Origin: Felis catus
Lineage: Eukaryota
Reading direction: 5' to 3'
DNA: 64,000 nt
Assembly (NCBI RefSeq): GCF_018350175.1
Contig: NC_058368.1
Coordinates: 8,122,001 to 8,186,000 of the forward strand
Shown here: one piece after another, positions 39,153 to 52,290 of the stretch
Layout: every line of letters starts with the position of its first letter
Position numbering within the stretch: position 1 is the stretch's first letter
Position numbers and translations under genes: made by a program
Notes under the pieces: model-generated
What the model saw: the letters and a program-made list of their open reading frames with translations, nothing else
What the model was told of the DNA's origin: nothing
Database searches by the model: none

Positions 39153-39202
39153 CTAGGGCTAGGGTGAGGGTTAGGGTTAGGGGTTAGGGTTAGGGTGAGG
39201 GT
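39153..39202 (+). repeat. Interstitial telomeric repeat, 8 units (TTAGGG with CTAGGG/TGAGGG variants)
   Basis: CTAGGG CTAGGG TGAGGG TTAGGG TTAGGGG TTAGGG TTAGGG TGAGGG read directly. Confidence 0.9.
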
Positions 39203-40156
39203 ATGTGCCTGCCGTTCAGAAATATCTCCAGAGAATAAGACCCCAGAGTTCTGCTGGGGTGAGAATTAACATGGCTGCCATCTACCATGTTGATATAAAG
39301 AGGGGATTTGCGTCTCTAAATACTGTTTAGATATTCAGTTGTTCCTTTTTTTTATCTCTACCTTCACACCCACTTGTTGAGATATCAACACTTCTTAAAT
39401 ATTTGGTGTCTTCTCCAGAATAACTAGGCTGTTCCTCAACTTTTCTTCTTGTGTTTTTAGGAACCCAACCCTCCTAGGTCAAGGGTTAAAGTCAGGGTGA
39501 GGGTATGTGAAGTTAGGCTGTTTCAATAGCTATGATAATTAGCTTTGAAAGCCTACATTTTTAATATTTGCACAGATATTATCATTGCGAAGACCATCGT
39601 ATTTGTATGCGTTCCTTGACCTTATAAAAGAAGGCAGACAGAGGTGGAAGGAAAAACAACACAACACTGTTTGCTTAAATCTCGAATGACTCAATGCTAT
39701 TTAATGAGAGCACATCATGTACCAAGCAGTAAAGTAGGATTTAGGGGAATTCCCAAGGGAATCTCCAAGAGTCATTTTTATATCTAGGATTTGTTTGAAG
39801 AAAATTTAGAAGTCCCCTTGGACATGCTGTTCAGCTAAATCCCTTAGCTCACTATACTTTACAATATTTAGAACTCTATCTCTCTTGCATAATAATCAAA
39901 GTAAAGATTTGTTGGTTTCATCCGCTATAGGGACACTTCATAATGCCGGCCTATGTTTGGCTCAAGATATAAAAGTTGGTTATTTATTTCTTATTTAAAA
40001 ATTGTTTATGTTAAAGGCAAATTATATTTCATCTTTAGGGAAAGATTAGGTTTGGTATCTAAGACAAATGTATTTAATTTTTCTATGTAACCAAAATATG
40101 ACAGAGATTAATTCAGGCCTTTTTTCTCTTTCCTAAATAAAGTTGGTAGGTAATTG

Positions 40157-40685
40157 TATCAGTCACTTACTGTTACATTACACATTATCTCAAAGCTCAG
40201 AGGCTTAAACCAACAATAAATATTAGCTCAGACTTGATGAGGGTCAGAAATTTGGGAAAGGCTTAGGTGGTAGTTCTGGTTCAGGGTCTCTCTACAGGTT
40301 GAAGTGAAGAGGTTGGTGGGGGCTGCGGTTACACCTGAAGACTTGAGTGGGACTGGAGGGTCTGCTTCTAGGATGATTCACTCATGTGACTGGTAAGTCA
40401 ATATTGGCTGTTGGTAGGACACCTCAATCCCTCATCATATCCCCCCTTATACAGCTGATGGAGTGTCCTTACACCGTGGCCGACTTTCCCAAAGCAAGTG
40501 GTCCAAGTAAGCAAGACAAAAGCCCTAATGTCCTGTATGACCTTGCCTCCAAAGTTACACACTGTCATTTTCACAATAACCTATCGGTTACATGGGTCAC
40601 CCTATTCGGCAGGAGGGGAATACATAGGGACATAAAAACCAGGTAGCAAGAATCCCTGGAGACCATTTTCCAGGCTGGCTAAGAC
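40157..40685 (-). mobile_element. MLT1 (MaLR) LTR
   Basis: ggcttaaaccaacaataaat...gggtcagaaatttggga..ggcttag. Confidence 0.75.
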
Positions 40686-40779
40686 AGTAATCAAGGCGCA
40701 TTGGGAACCCATAGCTCCAAAATAAAACGTCGCTCGTATGGGGAGCATGAAACACGATGTAGCACATATTCTATAAAGT

Positions 40780-41236
40780 ATGGTATGGCAGATTGTTACA
40801 GAAATAGCCCCCAAAGAATCATGTCTCCCTAAACCCATGGTCTTGCATAGTTCTCTCTCTCACGACTCTGGGACTGGCCATACAACTTGCTTTGGCCAAT
40901 GGGATATTGGCGATGTAATGCAAGCAATGGTATGAAAAGCAAATGTACATTTGGACTTGCCCTTTTATGCCACTGGAGATTCTTCCTTCACCACGTTAAC
41001 AAGCCCAAGCTAGCCCTCTGGAGGCGAAAGAACACATGGAGAGAGACCAGCCAGATCAGCCAACTTAGCCAAGGCCCACCGACATGAATAAACACTACCA
41101 ATGGCCCTCAGAGCGTAGACGAGGTCTCCCCGCGGAGCACAGCCCAAATTACCAACCTATAAATAGTGAATAAGTAGTTGTTTTAAGCGACTAAGTTCTG
41201 AGTAGTTTCTTATGCAGCAATATATATATCTGACAC
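40780..41236 (+). mobile_element. MLT1 (MaLR) LTR
   Basis: cttgctttggccaatggga...ttgttttaagcgactaagtt..gtagtttcttatgcagcaata. Confidence 0.8.
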
Positions 41237-41317
41237 ATTTGGAATGCAATGATCCTTCCAATTTTGTCTTGGGAGAAATCACACAAGTCATAAAGCCGCA
41301 GAAGAAATAACTCTTCA

Positions 41318-41885
41318 GAACTGTGGTAATAGGGTAACCACTAGTCACGTGTAGCTCTCGAGCTCTCGGAGTGTGGCTAATCTGAATTAAGATGTGCTCT
41401 AACTGTAAAACACACACTGGGTTTTGAAGACTTCACATGGAAAAAGGAAACGTAAAATATCTCATTAATGTAAAAAATTCAGTACATGTCGAAATGATAT
41501 TATTTGGGGTTATAGGAGATTAAGTCAAGTATATCATTAAAATGAGTTTCACCTGTTTCTTTTTAACAATGTTAAAAATGTTTCAAAAATATGGCTCCTA
41601 GGGGTGCTGGGTGGCTCAGTTGGTTGAGGATCTAACTCTTGATTTCAGCTCAGGTCATGATCCCTGGGGATCGAGCCCCACATGGGGCTCACGCTGAGCT
41701 GGAGCCCCTGACCCTCTCCCCCACTCACGCATGCACTCTCTCTCTCTAAAATAAAACAAATAATAACAATAATTAAAATGGGAATAAAATATAAATACAT
41801 ATTTTAAAAATATGGCTCCTAGAAAACTTGAAATTACATATATGGCTCATGTTTATGGCTCATATTATATGCCCATCGGACTGTG
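41318..41885. mobile_element. MER33/MER3-like hAT-Charlie fossil split by a SINE
   Basis: ccactagtcacgtgtagct...gatgtgctctaactgtaaaacacacactgggttttgaagac. Confidence 0.8.
41601..41810 (+). mobile_element. CanSINE nested in MER33
   Basis: TSD aaaaatatggctcctag. Confidence 0.9.
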
Positions 41886-44039
41886 TCCTTCCTGGCTACC
41901 AGGAGAACTTTCAACCGTGACCATTGTTCTGTGCCAAGCTCTGTTCCCACAAATCAAGGGAAACAGAAGCTTCAGACCTCAAGGCCACTTTCTAAATCCC
42001 AATTCCACCACCCCCACCCCGCACCCACATACACGTACTATATAATCCTGTCCTTGGCCCCCATTCTGCTGTTTTCCTATCAGAACAGCCTCTCGAGAAA
42101 AGGTCTAAATTCGTTCACGCTACTTGTAAAATTCAATGGTAGCTTAAAGGTTTCCTATGATTTTCATTTTACAGTAGAAAGTAGATGCGTAAAGATTTGA
42201 AGATCCAAGGGTGAAATCATCAGGGATAAGTCAAAAGAGTTGTTTTCTTTTCCTCTCCATGTCCTCTCTCCTACCTCTCTATGCCCCAAGTAGTGGTTGA
42301 GAGGGAAATAGGCCTGGGAGGAAAAGACGAGACAGATGATAGACATAGTCTTATCTGGAATAGACTACACTCCACCTACATGTCCTGATGGTGCTTTCAT
42401 AATCAGGAGGCAAAAAGCCTTTCGCTGTGTCCTTGATGGAATCCTTCCTAAAACCCTTTCTACTCAGCTGAATACTACCCGGATCCATTGCTATAGGCTG
42501 CAATACACTTGACAAGCCCAGAAATGTGCAGAGAAAGGGACCCTGTGAAGGATTTTTGTTCATACATAGTAGCCCGTTATCCTTCCCCAGAGCAATCCAT
42601 TCTTACATTCATGCAGGAAAGAATTGGGTTGCAAACTTATGATCCATATGGCGTTTCTCTATGAAAATACTACTTAGAACTATCATGGGGGTGCAGCATC
42701 GGGGGGGGGGATGGAATATGTATGCACACTTCATTGTATTTTCTTTCTTACACCTAAATGAAACTATTCACCCATCAGCAGTACAGTACATATGTTGAAT
42801 ATATTTTAGAGAATAGATGGATTTTCACTGCCGTCCTCCCTCCCTTGTGATCAACATACGCACCAAGAAATCTCTGAGACTCTGTATTCTAAACAAGTAC
42901 GATGAATAATGATACTTGCCATGTATGCTTAGGGAGGCCACAAGCAGCAGAGAACTTTGTACAGAAATGAATTTGCATGTTGGTTCCGGAATTTATGACT
43001 TGATTTTGGGTGCACCATTTAACCTCTTTGAGCCTTATCTAGAAAATGACAACAAGGATATTTTTCTCATCGGGTTCAGGTGAGAATCTCTAGGGTGCCA
43101 TGTTTAAAGCATCAAACACAGGGCAGGGCACACGATAAAGGGTCTCGGTGAAGGTTGGTCTCATTGAGCTTTCCTTTCCCTTCTTCTACTTAAGACATGT
43201 GCTCTGGGAGCTAACGGCATCACTTCAGTTCTGACGTTTTGAGTGACCACAGGCAAGAACCTGAATTAAATCTCTCTAGTCTGAAAGCAGAATGTTATTA
43301 TTGTTACCACAACCAAGGATGAAAAGAGCCTTTCTTCTAGAAGTTTGCCACGTAAGGTGCAACTCACTGATTCAGACTTCCAGCTATGACCGGGCAAACC
43401 AGCTCGAGACAAATAACAAATGTGTTAATTAGTGAAATGAAGTGAATAAAGCAGTGGCTCAAGAGGTTTCGGTGTGGTTGTGTGAATGGCAAGTCCAGAC
43501 AGGATGGGTTTTGGTGGGGGGGTGGAAAAGGGTAGGAAGTCACCATCTTGGTCCAGCTTATTGGGAAAGGCTTTGTTGGAGAAGTCTGATTTTAGGATTA
43601 TTTGAATATTGGAAGGAGGACGGCTTTTGAGCTGGGCATGAAGGGGTGTTTCCGGGACAGGGTGTGGCTTGGGAGACAGTTCAAAGGACGGACAGAGAGG
43701 ATCTTGCTGTAAAGGAGAGGAGATACCCAATTACAATCAACATTATTCAAAATCAGTAGGGAAGGAGTAAGTCGCTGACCTATAACAAGAGACGGGTGGG
43801 ATCAGTGGGTGAGGCTTCTGAAAAGCCGGAAGCAAAAGTGAGTCTTTCAGAAATGCACAAGAATGTTTCCATGGGTATTGGCCCAACTAGAGTGAGGTGC
43901 AGGGACTTGGAGTCATTCTAAAGGGAGCTGTCTGTGTGGAAGCTCTCACGAGGAAAAACCAAAGGGATTGGGGACTGGTTCACTTGGACAGCAGATGGCT
44001 TAGGAGAGACTTAAATTCTCTTCATTTTTTACAAGACTC

Positions 44040-45080
44040 CTGAATAGAAACTTCTCTGAAGAAGGTACCCAAGAGGCCAATAAGCAACGAAGAGATGTTC
44101 AAATCATTAGTCATAAGGGAAATACAAATCAAGACCACAATGAGATACCATTTCACATCCACTAGGGTGACTAAAATAAAAAAGACAGACAATAGCATGT
44201 TAGCAAGATATGGAGAGAGTAGAACCCTCCTACACGGCTGGTGTGAACGTAAAATTGTGCAGCCTCTTTGCAAAACAGTGCAGCAGTTCCTCAAATGGTT
44301 AAACACGGAGCCGCCATATGACTCATCAATTCTACTCCTAGGTATGTGTATACCCAAGAGAAATGAAAACTTTTGTCCACAGAAAAGCTTGTACATGAAT
44401 GTACATGGCAGGATTGTTTACCATAGCCAAAAAATGGAAACGATCCAAATATCCATCTATTAATGAGAGGACAAATGAATGTAGAATATCCACACAATGG
44501 AATATTACTTAGGGATGAAGTGGTGATACACGGCACAGCACGGATAAACCTTGAGGACATTATGTTATGTGGAAGAAGCCAGTCAAAACAGACTACCTAT
44601 TGTATGGCGCCATTTATATGAAATGTCCAGATAAATAAGTCTATTGAGACAGAAAGGAATTTGGTGATTGCCTAGAGTTTGGAGGGGAAAGAGAAGACTG
44701 GGGGAAGTAAAGACTGACTTCAAATGGGCACATGGTTTTTTTGAAAGTGATGAATGTGTTCTTTTTTTAAATATTTATTTATTTTTGAGAGAGAGAGAGA
44801 GAGCGGGGGAGGGGCAGAGAGAGAGGGAGACATAGAATCCAAAGCAGGCTCCAGGATCTGAGCTGTCAGCCCAGAGCCTGATGCGGAGATAAAACCCATA
44901 GACCACAAGATCATGACCTGGGCTAAAGTCGGACGCTTAACTGACGGAGCCACCCAGGCACCCCATGATGAGTGTGTTCTAAAATTGATTGTGGTGCCAG
45001 TTGCACAACTCTGTGAAATACTAAAACTCATTGAACCGCACACTTAAGTGGGTGAGTCATACGGCATATGAATTATATTC
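44040..45080 (+). mobile_element. L1MB-like ORF2 end plus 3' UTR
   Basis: Translates to SLVIREIQIKTTMRYHFTSTRV, the L1 ORF2 C-terminus. Confidence 0.9.
44762..44964 (-). mobile_element. CanSINE nested in L1
   Basis: TSD tgatga(a/g)tgtgttct. Confidence 0.95.
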
Positions 45081-45300
45081 TATCACATAATTGTATATTT
45101 CCAACTACAGAATGATGTTGTGCCCCAGGACGGAACAATTGGGCTGCCAGTAATAGACCCAATATTATGGTCCAGCAAACCTTGCTCAGGCTATCTGTCT
45201 TATCCTCAGAGACCACTAAGCTGGGTTGCACACAGCACCCCCAAGGCCTGTGGAAACTTAAGCCAAGTCTACTCCTACGAAATTTCGGAGGGTTCCTGAT

Positions 45301-45670
45301 GCTGGTGTGCTAGTACACGTTCAATAACTCACTGACTCTCTGGTGGGAAGAAACTTCTAGCACAGCCAGTTTCCCTGGTGGGAACATTGCCACGATGGAC
45401 AATCTCAAGCTACCAACGCGGTAGCACTGAGGATAAAGTGGAGAAGAGAAAGGTGGTCATATATCGTCATAGAGTATTTCCACAATTCCAATACGATAGA
45501 TGTAAATAACCTTGAAAGCATGCCAAATAGCAGCATGTGAAAGAATTAGGGAGTGATGAGTTTTGATCATTTAATATCTTTTTTTTACACGGTTTATTTC
45601 ATTGTAAGCTTGCATAATTAGTGGGAGTTTTCTTTTTCTTCCTGTTTAAATAAAACATCCAGCGTTTACC
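45301..45670. mobile_element. MER63-like hAT fossil
   Basis: tggtgtgctagta...tcaagctaccaacg...gatgtaaataacct...ggagtgatgagttttga. Confidence 0.7.
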
Positions 45671-46179
45671 AGATTTACCTCCCCCCCCCCCAACATGCTG
45701 CCCGTGCTCGCGAAGAAGCAACAAGGGGACAAGAGGGCAGGTGGGGACAGCAGGCGGTTTAATGCCTTCTCTACACTCTCGGGAAAAGGTAAGGCTCTAG
45801 GGACATTCTTCCGTTCACCATTAGTGAATCTCTAAGTCATCGGAGATTTGGCTCGAACCTACCACGGCCACCCTGGAGTCCACGGAAGCACGTCAGAATG
45901 GAATTCACGTGGAAAATGCTACAGACATTTTCAGGCCGTTGGCCCTGACAGCTTGAGGTAATATGTTTAGAACAGAATCCAGGCTTGTTTTGTTGGTCTC
46001 TTTTGTTTGTTTGTCAAAACGAAAGGAACCTTTAAAGATAGAGAGTGGGCTATCCAGGGCCTCCTAGGAGGGTCCCTTCTTCTCCCAGCGAGCTGGGACT
46101 CATCCTGGACCTTCCCCCCACCCCATGCAGCTTCCACAGCCTTTTGTTTTTATTTCTAGTACTGCACCCAGTCAGCAAG

Positions 46180-46378
46180 TCTTTTTTTTTTTTTAATCAA
46201 AAAATTTTTTTTGATTTTTATTTTTGAGAGAGAGAGAGAGAGATTGACAGAATCCAAAGCACGCTCCAGGCTCTGAGCCGTCAGCACAGAGCCCGACACG
46301 GGGCTCGAACTCACGGACCGCAAGATCATGACCTGAGCCGAAGTCGGACGCTTAACTAACTGAGCCACCAGGTGCCCC
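46180..46378 (-). mobile_element. CanSINE
   Basis: TSD cagcaagtct. Confidence 0.95.
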
Positions 46379-47880
46379 AGCAAGTCTATATCGAGCACCC
46401 AGTATGTGCTAAGCAACTGGAGCCAGAGTCATGGAACGACCAACGCAGCCTCTGTCCACAGGGTCCTTAGAAATCTGTCGGAAGAATTCATCACCTTGTA
46501 TTATGGCCCCTCGTGCATGTGTCTGGGTCCGGTAGGCAAGAAGCCCACACAGGACACTAACACTGGTTCTCAGAGACTGTAGATACTCAATAAAACTTGT
46601 CAAATAAATGAAAGAGGTCGGTAGAGCCCAGACGATTCCACGCGCCCAGGCCTCTGAACCCTTCTAATGAAAATCTACCCTCAAGAAAGTGGAAGCTCTT
46701 CGGTCTTTCAGAACTGGGACACAGATTCCCAACTGCCGTCTTCCCTCTGACTGACTAATGTGTCCCTCAGCCACGAATCGCCTTCGTAGTCACCACTGAA
46801 TGAATGAGTACATAAATCAGTAATTTACGAGCGGCTTCAGTTTCTGGGTCAGAGATACCCTGAAGAGAAAGCAGAATGATTGTTCAAAGGATGTTTTAAG
46901 ATTCCTGGAGGTTGCACATTATGACTGCTGGGAGGGAGTCTATTTTTAACCAGCCACTGCATAAAAATGTAAGACATGTTTGGGTTTTTTGGTTTGTTTT
47001 GTTTTGTTTTACAGAACTGAACGAAGACAAAAGAGGAACCAAGGAACAGATGGGAATTTTCTTAAAGCTTTCAGCCCTGCCTATATATCATCTGCATTGC
47101 TGTAAATACACAGCATACAAAAACAAACACCCGGAAGAGACGCACAGAAACTCCGTGCCCAAGCACGTGTTCACAGACGAGCACAGCCCCCGACTGCCAG
47201 GCGGACGACGGGGGTGTCTTTTGATTTTAACAAATGAGCTTTTAAAAAGAGAAGAGCATGTCGTAGGTTACGCCGCATAGTGATTCTACAGGCGTAATTA
47301 GTATAAACCGATCGGGCTTTTGTTAATTAGGTACATTCTCCTGTGGTATTTAAAATGATCTCCTTGATGACTGATTTTACACAAACCAAAGGGGGCCTCC
47401 CTAGTTTGGAACATAGCTTATGCGATGCAGTGAACGCCTCCTTTCATCGGTAGGGAAATAATCTAGGAAAGTCAACTGTTTACATCCTTTCCCAAATAGC
47501 TCTAAATCCAGTAGGAAAAACAATTAGAAAACAGAGATACGAATCAATCCACATAACTCTGTGCCCAATTCCATGAACTACTGACCACCCCTAGACAGTC
47601 AATGGTAGTAAGAATTGCCTTACCTGTCAGAAGTGTCCCCTTGGTGGTCACTCAAAGATATGGCACCCCGGGGTCCATGGGATCACAGAATGAGCTAGAA
47701 GGGACCTCACAGATCTCTCTTGCTTCATAATTGAAAAACTGGGGCCCGCAAAGGTTGTGACATTAATATGAGTTCGGCAACACCTTTCATGAAATTAAAC
47801 AGGCTGTTTGCCTTTCCAGATCAGCTCCCCATCTGTCTTGCTCTCTTTTTTGTGAGAGGTTGACCTAATATGAGCTGCAT

Positions 47881-48052
47881 CACAAAATGCGGTCCTCGGA
47901 CCAGCAACATCAGCATCACCTGGGACCTTGTTAAACATGCAAATTCGCTGCCCCCACCTCAGACCTACTGAATCAGAAACGTTGATGCAGGGTCCAGAGC
48001 TCTGTGTTTTACCAAGTCTTCCAGGTGAGGCTCATGTTCATTAGAGACACTG
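47881..48052. mobile_element. MER5A inserted in an LTR33-like element (~47815-48470)
   Basis: ggaccagcaacatcagcatcacctggga..cttgttaaacatgcaaatt...cagacctactgaatcagaaac. Confidence 0.85.
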
Positions 48053-48889
48053 GATAACGTCTGGATGGTTCCTTAAACCTCTGGTTTCCATTTGGGCCTT
48101 GGCCAGCGGGGAATCCTGGCAGGAGATCCCAGACAGAAGAGGAGGGAGTGACGGCATTTTACCCCCAACCGGGTCCTCTCCCTGTTGGGATTGTCTAGGA
48201 CCATCTCCATCTGTGCATCCAAGGTCACTGCGGCTCTCGGGGGGGGAGAGCCCGTGAGTCACGTGACTCATTCCTTCTGGGGCCAGTAACTGATCCCTGC
48301 CCTCCCCCTGTAGGTCTAGGGATAGTAACAGTCTGGACGACTACTCACTCCAGATTCTGCTCTAGTTTTGGAGATTCCCCATCCACATCTTTGTAAAGGG
48401 TCGCTTTGTTGGGCCCTCCTCCAATTACCCTAAATTAGACCTGCCTCCTGGGATACCTGCCTGCCACAGACAGAAAGGTGGTTGTCTGACGAGGAGTAAG
48501 GAGTAAGGAGTGCTGGCTCTATGGGACTTTGCAAACGTGGGATAAGAATCTATCTCCCCCCCCCCCCCCTTCCACTTCAGTAGCATGAATGATGCTGGGG
48601 TAGTTCCAAATATTATATTTACAGCAAAAGAGCAAGCAATTTCTTTACACCCAACACGACCATGATGTCGTGATTTTCAAGACAAAGTTTATTTCTCCCC
48701 ATCGACCACCTACCTTTCTATCCTCTCCCTGCTCATCTCATACACCACGAAGCACAAGATTTGACTGGGCTTGACTCAAGACCTGATCTGCCTCTGTCTG
48801 CTGATCCATCTTCTAAGCCCTTTGCTCACAGACTCTTTATTTCTTTTAAATCCACTCTGCCTTGTTTTTGCTTTTTTTTTGGCAGGGGC

Positions 48890-49650
48890 GACAGCTTTTT
48901 CTGTGCAACATAAAACTCAACACCTTGTAAGCATTTTTAAGCATACCATTCAGCGGTGTCAAATCCATTGACGTTGTTGTGGGACCATCACCGCCACCCA
49001 TCTCCAGAGCTCTTTTTTTTTATCTCATAAAGCTGGAACTCTGTCCCCGCTACATAATAACCCCCCGCCCCTGTCCTCTAGCCCCTGACAGCCACCATTC
49101 TGCTTAATGTGTCTCTGAATCTGACCGCTCTATGTATCTCACATAAGTTGAATCATGCAGAATTTGTCTTTTTATGATCGGCTTGGTTCCCTTAGCATAA
49201 CGTCCTCAAGATTTATCCGTCTTGCAGCTTGTTGTCAGGATTTCTTTCTTTCTTTAGGCTACATAAATTGTCATTGTATGGATAGACCACGTTTTATTTA
49301 TCCATTCATCCGTCAGTGGATGGTTGGTTCGCTTCCGCCTTCCGACTATCATGAGTGATGCTGCTGTGAACAAAGATGTACAAATATCTGTTCGGGTTGT
49401 TGCTTTAAGTGCTTTCAGGTATATATCCCGGAAGTGGAATTGCTGGGTCACGTGGTAATTCTATGTTAATTTTTCGAGGGGCCGCCGTACTGTTTTCCAA
49501 AGCAGCTGCACCACTTTCTATTTCCAGCAAGAGTGTACGAGGGTGCCTTCCAATTTTCCACATCCTCACCATCGCTTGTTATTTTCTGGAGTTTTTTTTT
49601 TTTTTTCTTATAGTAGCCATTGTATTCGGCGTGAGGTGCTGTCTCATGGT
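48890..49650 (-). mobile_element. L1MA/MB 3' fragment
   Basis: tttatccattcatccgtcagtgga...ggaattgctgggtcacgtggtaattctatgtt. Confidence 0.9.
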
Positions 49651-51849
49651 GGGGTTTTTCTTACGCTCTTTCCTCTACCTAGAATGGCCTCCCTCTGTGT
49701 CCATCGTCTTGCCCGGTTGAAACCGATCTCCTTTGTACATCTCAACATGTTGTACTTGTATCGTGGCGACCATCATGCCTCCCCTTACGCTCTCGGGGTT
49801 TTTTATCTCCTCGATTTGGAGGCAAGTTCCTGCAGGACCGATGCTCTGGATTGTTCAGCTTTCTATCTTTCGTTGTGGTTAGCCCACAGCGTAGGCTCTA
49901 AAAGCCTGAATGATTTGAAATGCCAGCCGCCATCCAGCTAGTGGCAAGACCACAAGCAGCCCCAGGTTCCCTAACTCTCTGCCAGACACTCTTTCTCCTG
50001 CCGAGGGGCAGAGGAACCACATTAAAAACAAAGCAAAACAAAACACCGTGTTGTGTTTGGAAACGAGATCTGGCTTCGCGACGTTAACTGCTGTCTCTCA
50101 ATTTCTCACAACACATTTGCAACTCGAAAAACCGACCTCGTGCTCTCAAGCATACGGAATGCGTGCTGTGGTTCGTGGAGACCAGGGACTGGATTCCTGG
50201 CAATCAGCTCCAAATTACAGCGCCACACGCTGCACAAACCTCGCTGCCTTTAGACCAGATATAGGCCGATGTTGTCATTTTCCCCATCGTAGCCTGTCCC
50301 GCTGTGTTCTGTTTTAATCTTGATGGGTTTTAATCCGCTCTCTCTTTTCTGAGGAATGGGTGCTCATGCACCCCTCTTTCTTGATAAAGACATCCACGTT
50401 CTCACAGAAGACCCAGAAAGCAAGTTAACAGGCAAGAAGGATATTTAATCTGGTGTTCCGAATCCATATTCCCTTTGAGTTGGGTCGTGGTGGTGTTCGA
50501 GGCTCCTCGGAGAAACCTAATGAAATTCCACTCAACAATTTCCTTCCTAATTCACATTGGGGGACCTGCGTGTGAGGCTCAGCTTCAACAGCCACAACAT
50601 CTCCATTGTGTCCTTTACATTGCAAGTGAATGAATCATCAGCTGTTGTTTTTGGAGGCATGTCTTGATCCCTACGGTGGGTGCTGCTGTCCTCCCTAGCA
50701 CCGGGATTCCTGTCAGTTCTTGTCCCAGTAGGAGCACCTCACATCTCATCTACGTCCTGGAGAGATAGAGCGTGACAGGGTTTTTCCAGAACTGCGCTGC
50801 CATCTTTCATGACAATTTCCAGACGTCCCCTTGTTAGGAGAAACCTCCTTTTGCCAACCAGGCTCCCTCCTAGTGAGGTGTACCGTCCTCAAGTCAATTT
50901 GAAGCCTCATGGGATACAGATTCCTTGTCAAAGACTTCTCTTTCACTGAGGTTGGCTCTGGCACTCGTCACTATAGGCTTGACTCCAACCCAGAATGAAC
51001 CAAAACTAAACGAAACAAAACCGTGGGGCAATTTCTGCCATCTGAGTTGAAAATACGCTGACTCTGAAATACACTGAAAATACACTAACTCAACTCTGAG
51101 ATCTGCTCTCTGTACCTTCATTTAGCTGCGTGTGTATATAGCACAGGAAGATCATCTCACCATGAGGGGGCAGGAGGAGGAGGGAGGCATTTACAGTCCA
51201 GGGTTCAAGAGCGAAGCCTTGGAAATCCCATCGCTCAAGTTCGCTGCTTGTCTCTGCCATCAGTTGTGGGATCGTGGGCAGGTTACTTGGCTCTCCAAAT
51301 GCTAGTTTGTTCATCTGGAAAATGGAGATGTCCTCTCAAATAATCTCCACGACAATCATGCTAAGCTAATCCACAGAAAACATTCAGCGCAGTATTAAAC
51401 GTGTGGTAAGGAGAGAATACTGGATGTATCTGGTATAAAGTTACGTGTGGCTTAAAGAGGGCTGCTTTCACGGCGAGATGTGGTACAAGAGGCCATTTCC
51501 AAGGCACCGGTCCACAGTCAGCTTTCGTCACTGGAACACGAAGCAGGACCCTCAGATTGATTCTCAATCTCTCAAGTCTTTTCTGTTCTTGTTTTATTTA
51601 CCCAGCTCCTTTACTGCCCAACCTGCCCTTGTCCAAACTCAATGACTTCCTCCCTGTCTATCCACTCAGGACCTGATGGGTAAAGCTAGACAAGTGGGGA
51701 AGCTCTTCCGAGATGTGAGTTCACTCAGTACCTTGAGAGGATGTGCCAGCTTCCATGCTAGACATTGGGGAGTACGGCACTGAGTCAGGTGGATGCGGTC
51801 TCTCCCCTTGTGGAGCTTGCAGCTTGGCTTAAACAGTGACATGGTCACT

Positions 51850-52290
51850 CTGCTCTAGCCACATCACCTCCCGCTTCTTCAGTGTCCTCAATGTGTCAAG
51901 CACAATCTTGCCTCAGCGCCTTTGCACTATCTGTTTCTGGAACATGTGTCCCCAGGAAATTTTCATGGCTTGTTCCCCTGATTCCTTTGAGCAGATGATA
52001 AAACGTTCCCTCATCAGGATGCCCTTCAAGATCACTTCATCTAAAATAACCTTTCTACCCCTATTTCTGTCTTCCCTGCTTCATTTATCTTTATAGCACT
52101 TCACGCATGACGTATTCTATAGATGTGTCTCTACTTGTTAATTGGCTATCTCTTTCACCAAAATGTATGCACCAGAGGACGGGGATTTTGCCCATTTTGT
52201 TCACTACTGGGTCCCCTTGTACCTAAAGCAGTGCCTGAGATATCGCGGATGTGCAAGAAATATTATTTATTGATGAATGAGTAAATGAAA
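51850..52290 (-). mobile_element. L2 3' end
   Basis: ttgttcactactg...cctaaagcagtgcctg...aaatattatttattgatgaatgagtaaatga. Confidence 0.75.

Noticed and set aside
38444..40150. Expected miR-367/miR-302 hairpins after LARP7 exon 8
   Set aside because: No aagcactta or ctaaagtgcaatt found; the region is L1, SINE and telomere-like repeat.
50940..50972. DECQSQP, an EGF-like start on the minus strand after an AG
   Set aside because: A stop follows immediately and there are no further cysteines; likely chance.
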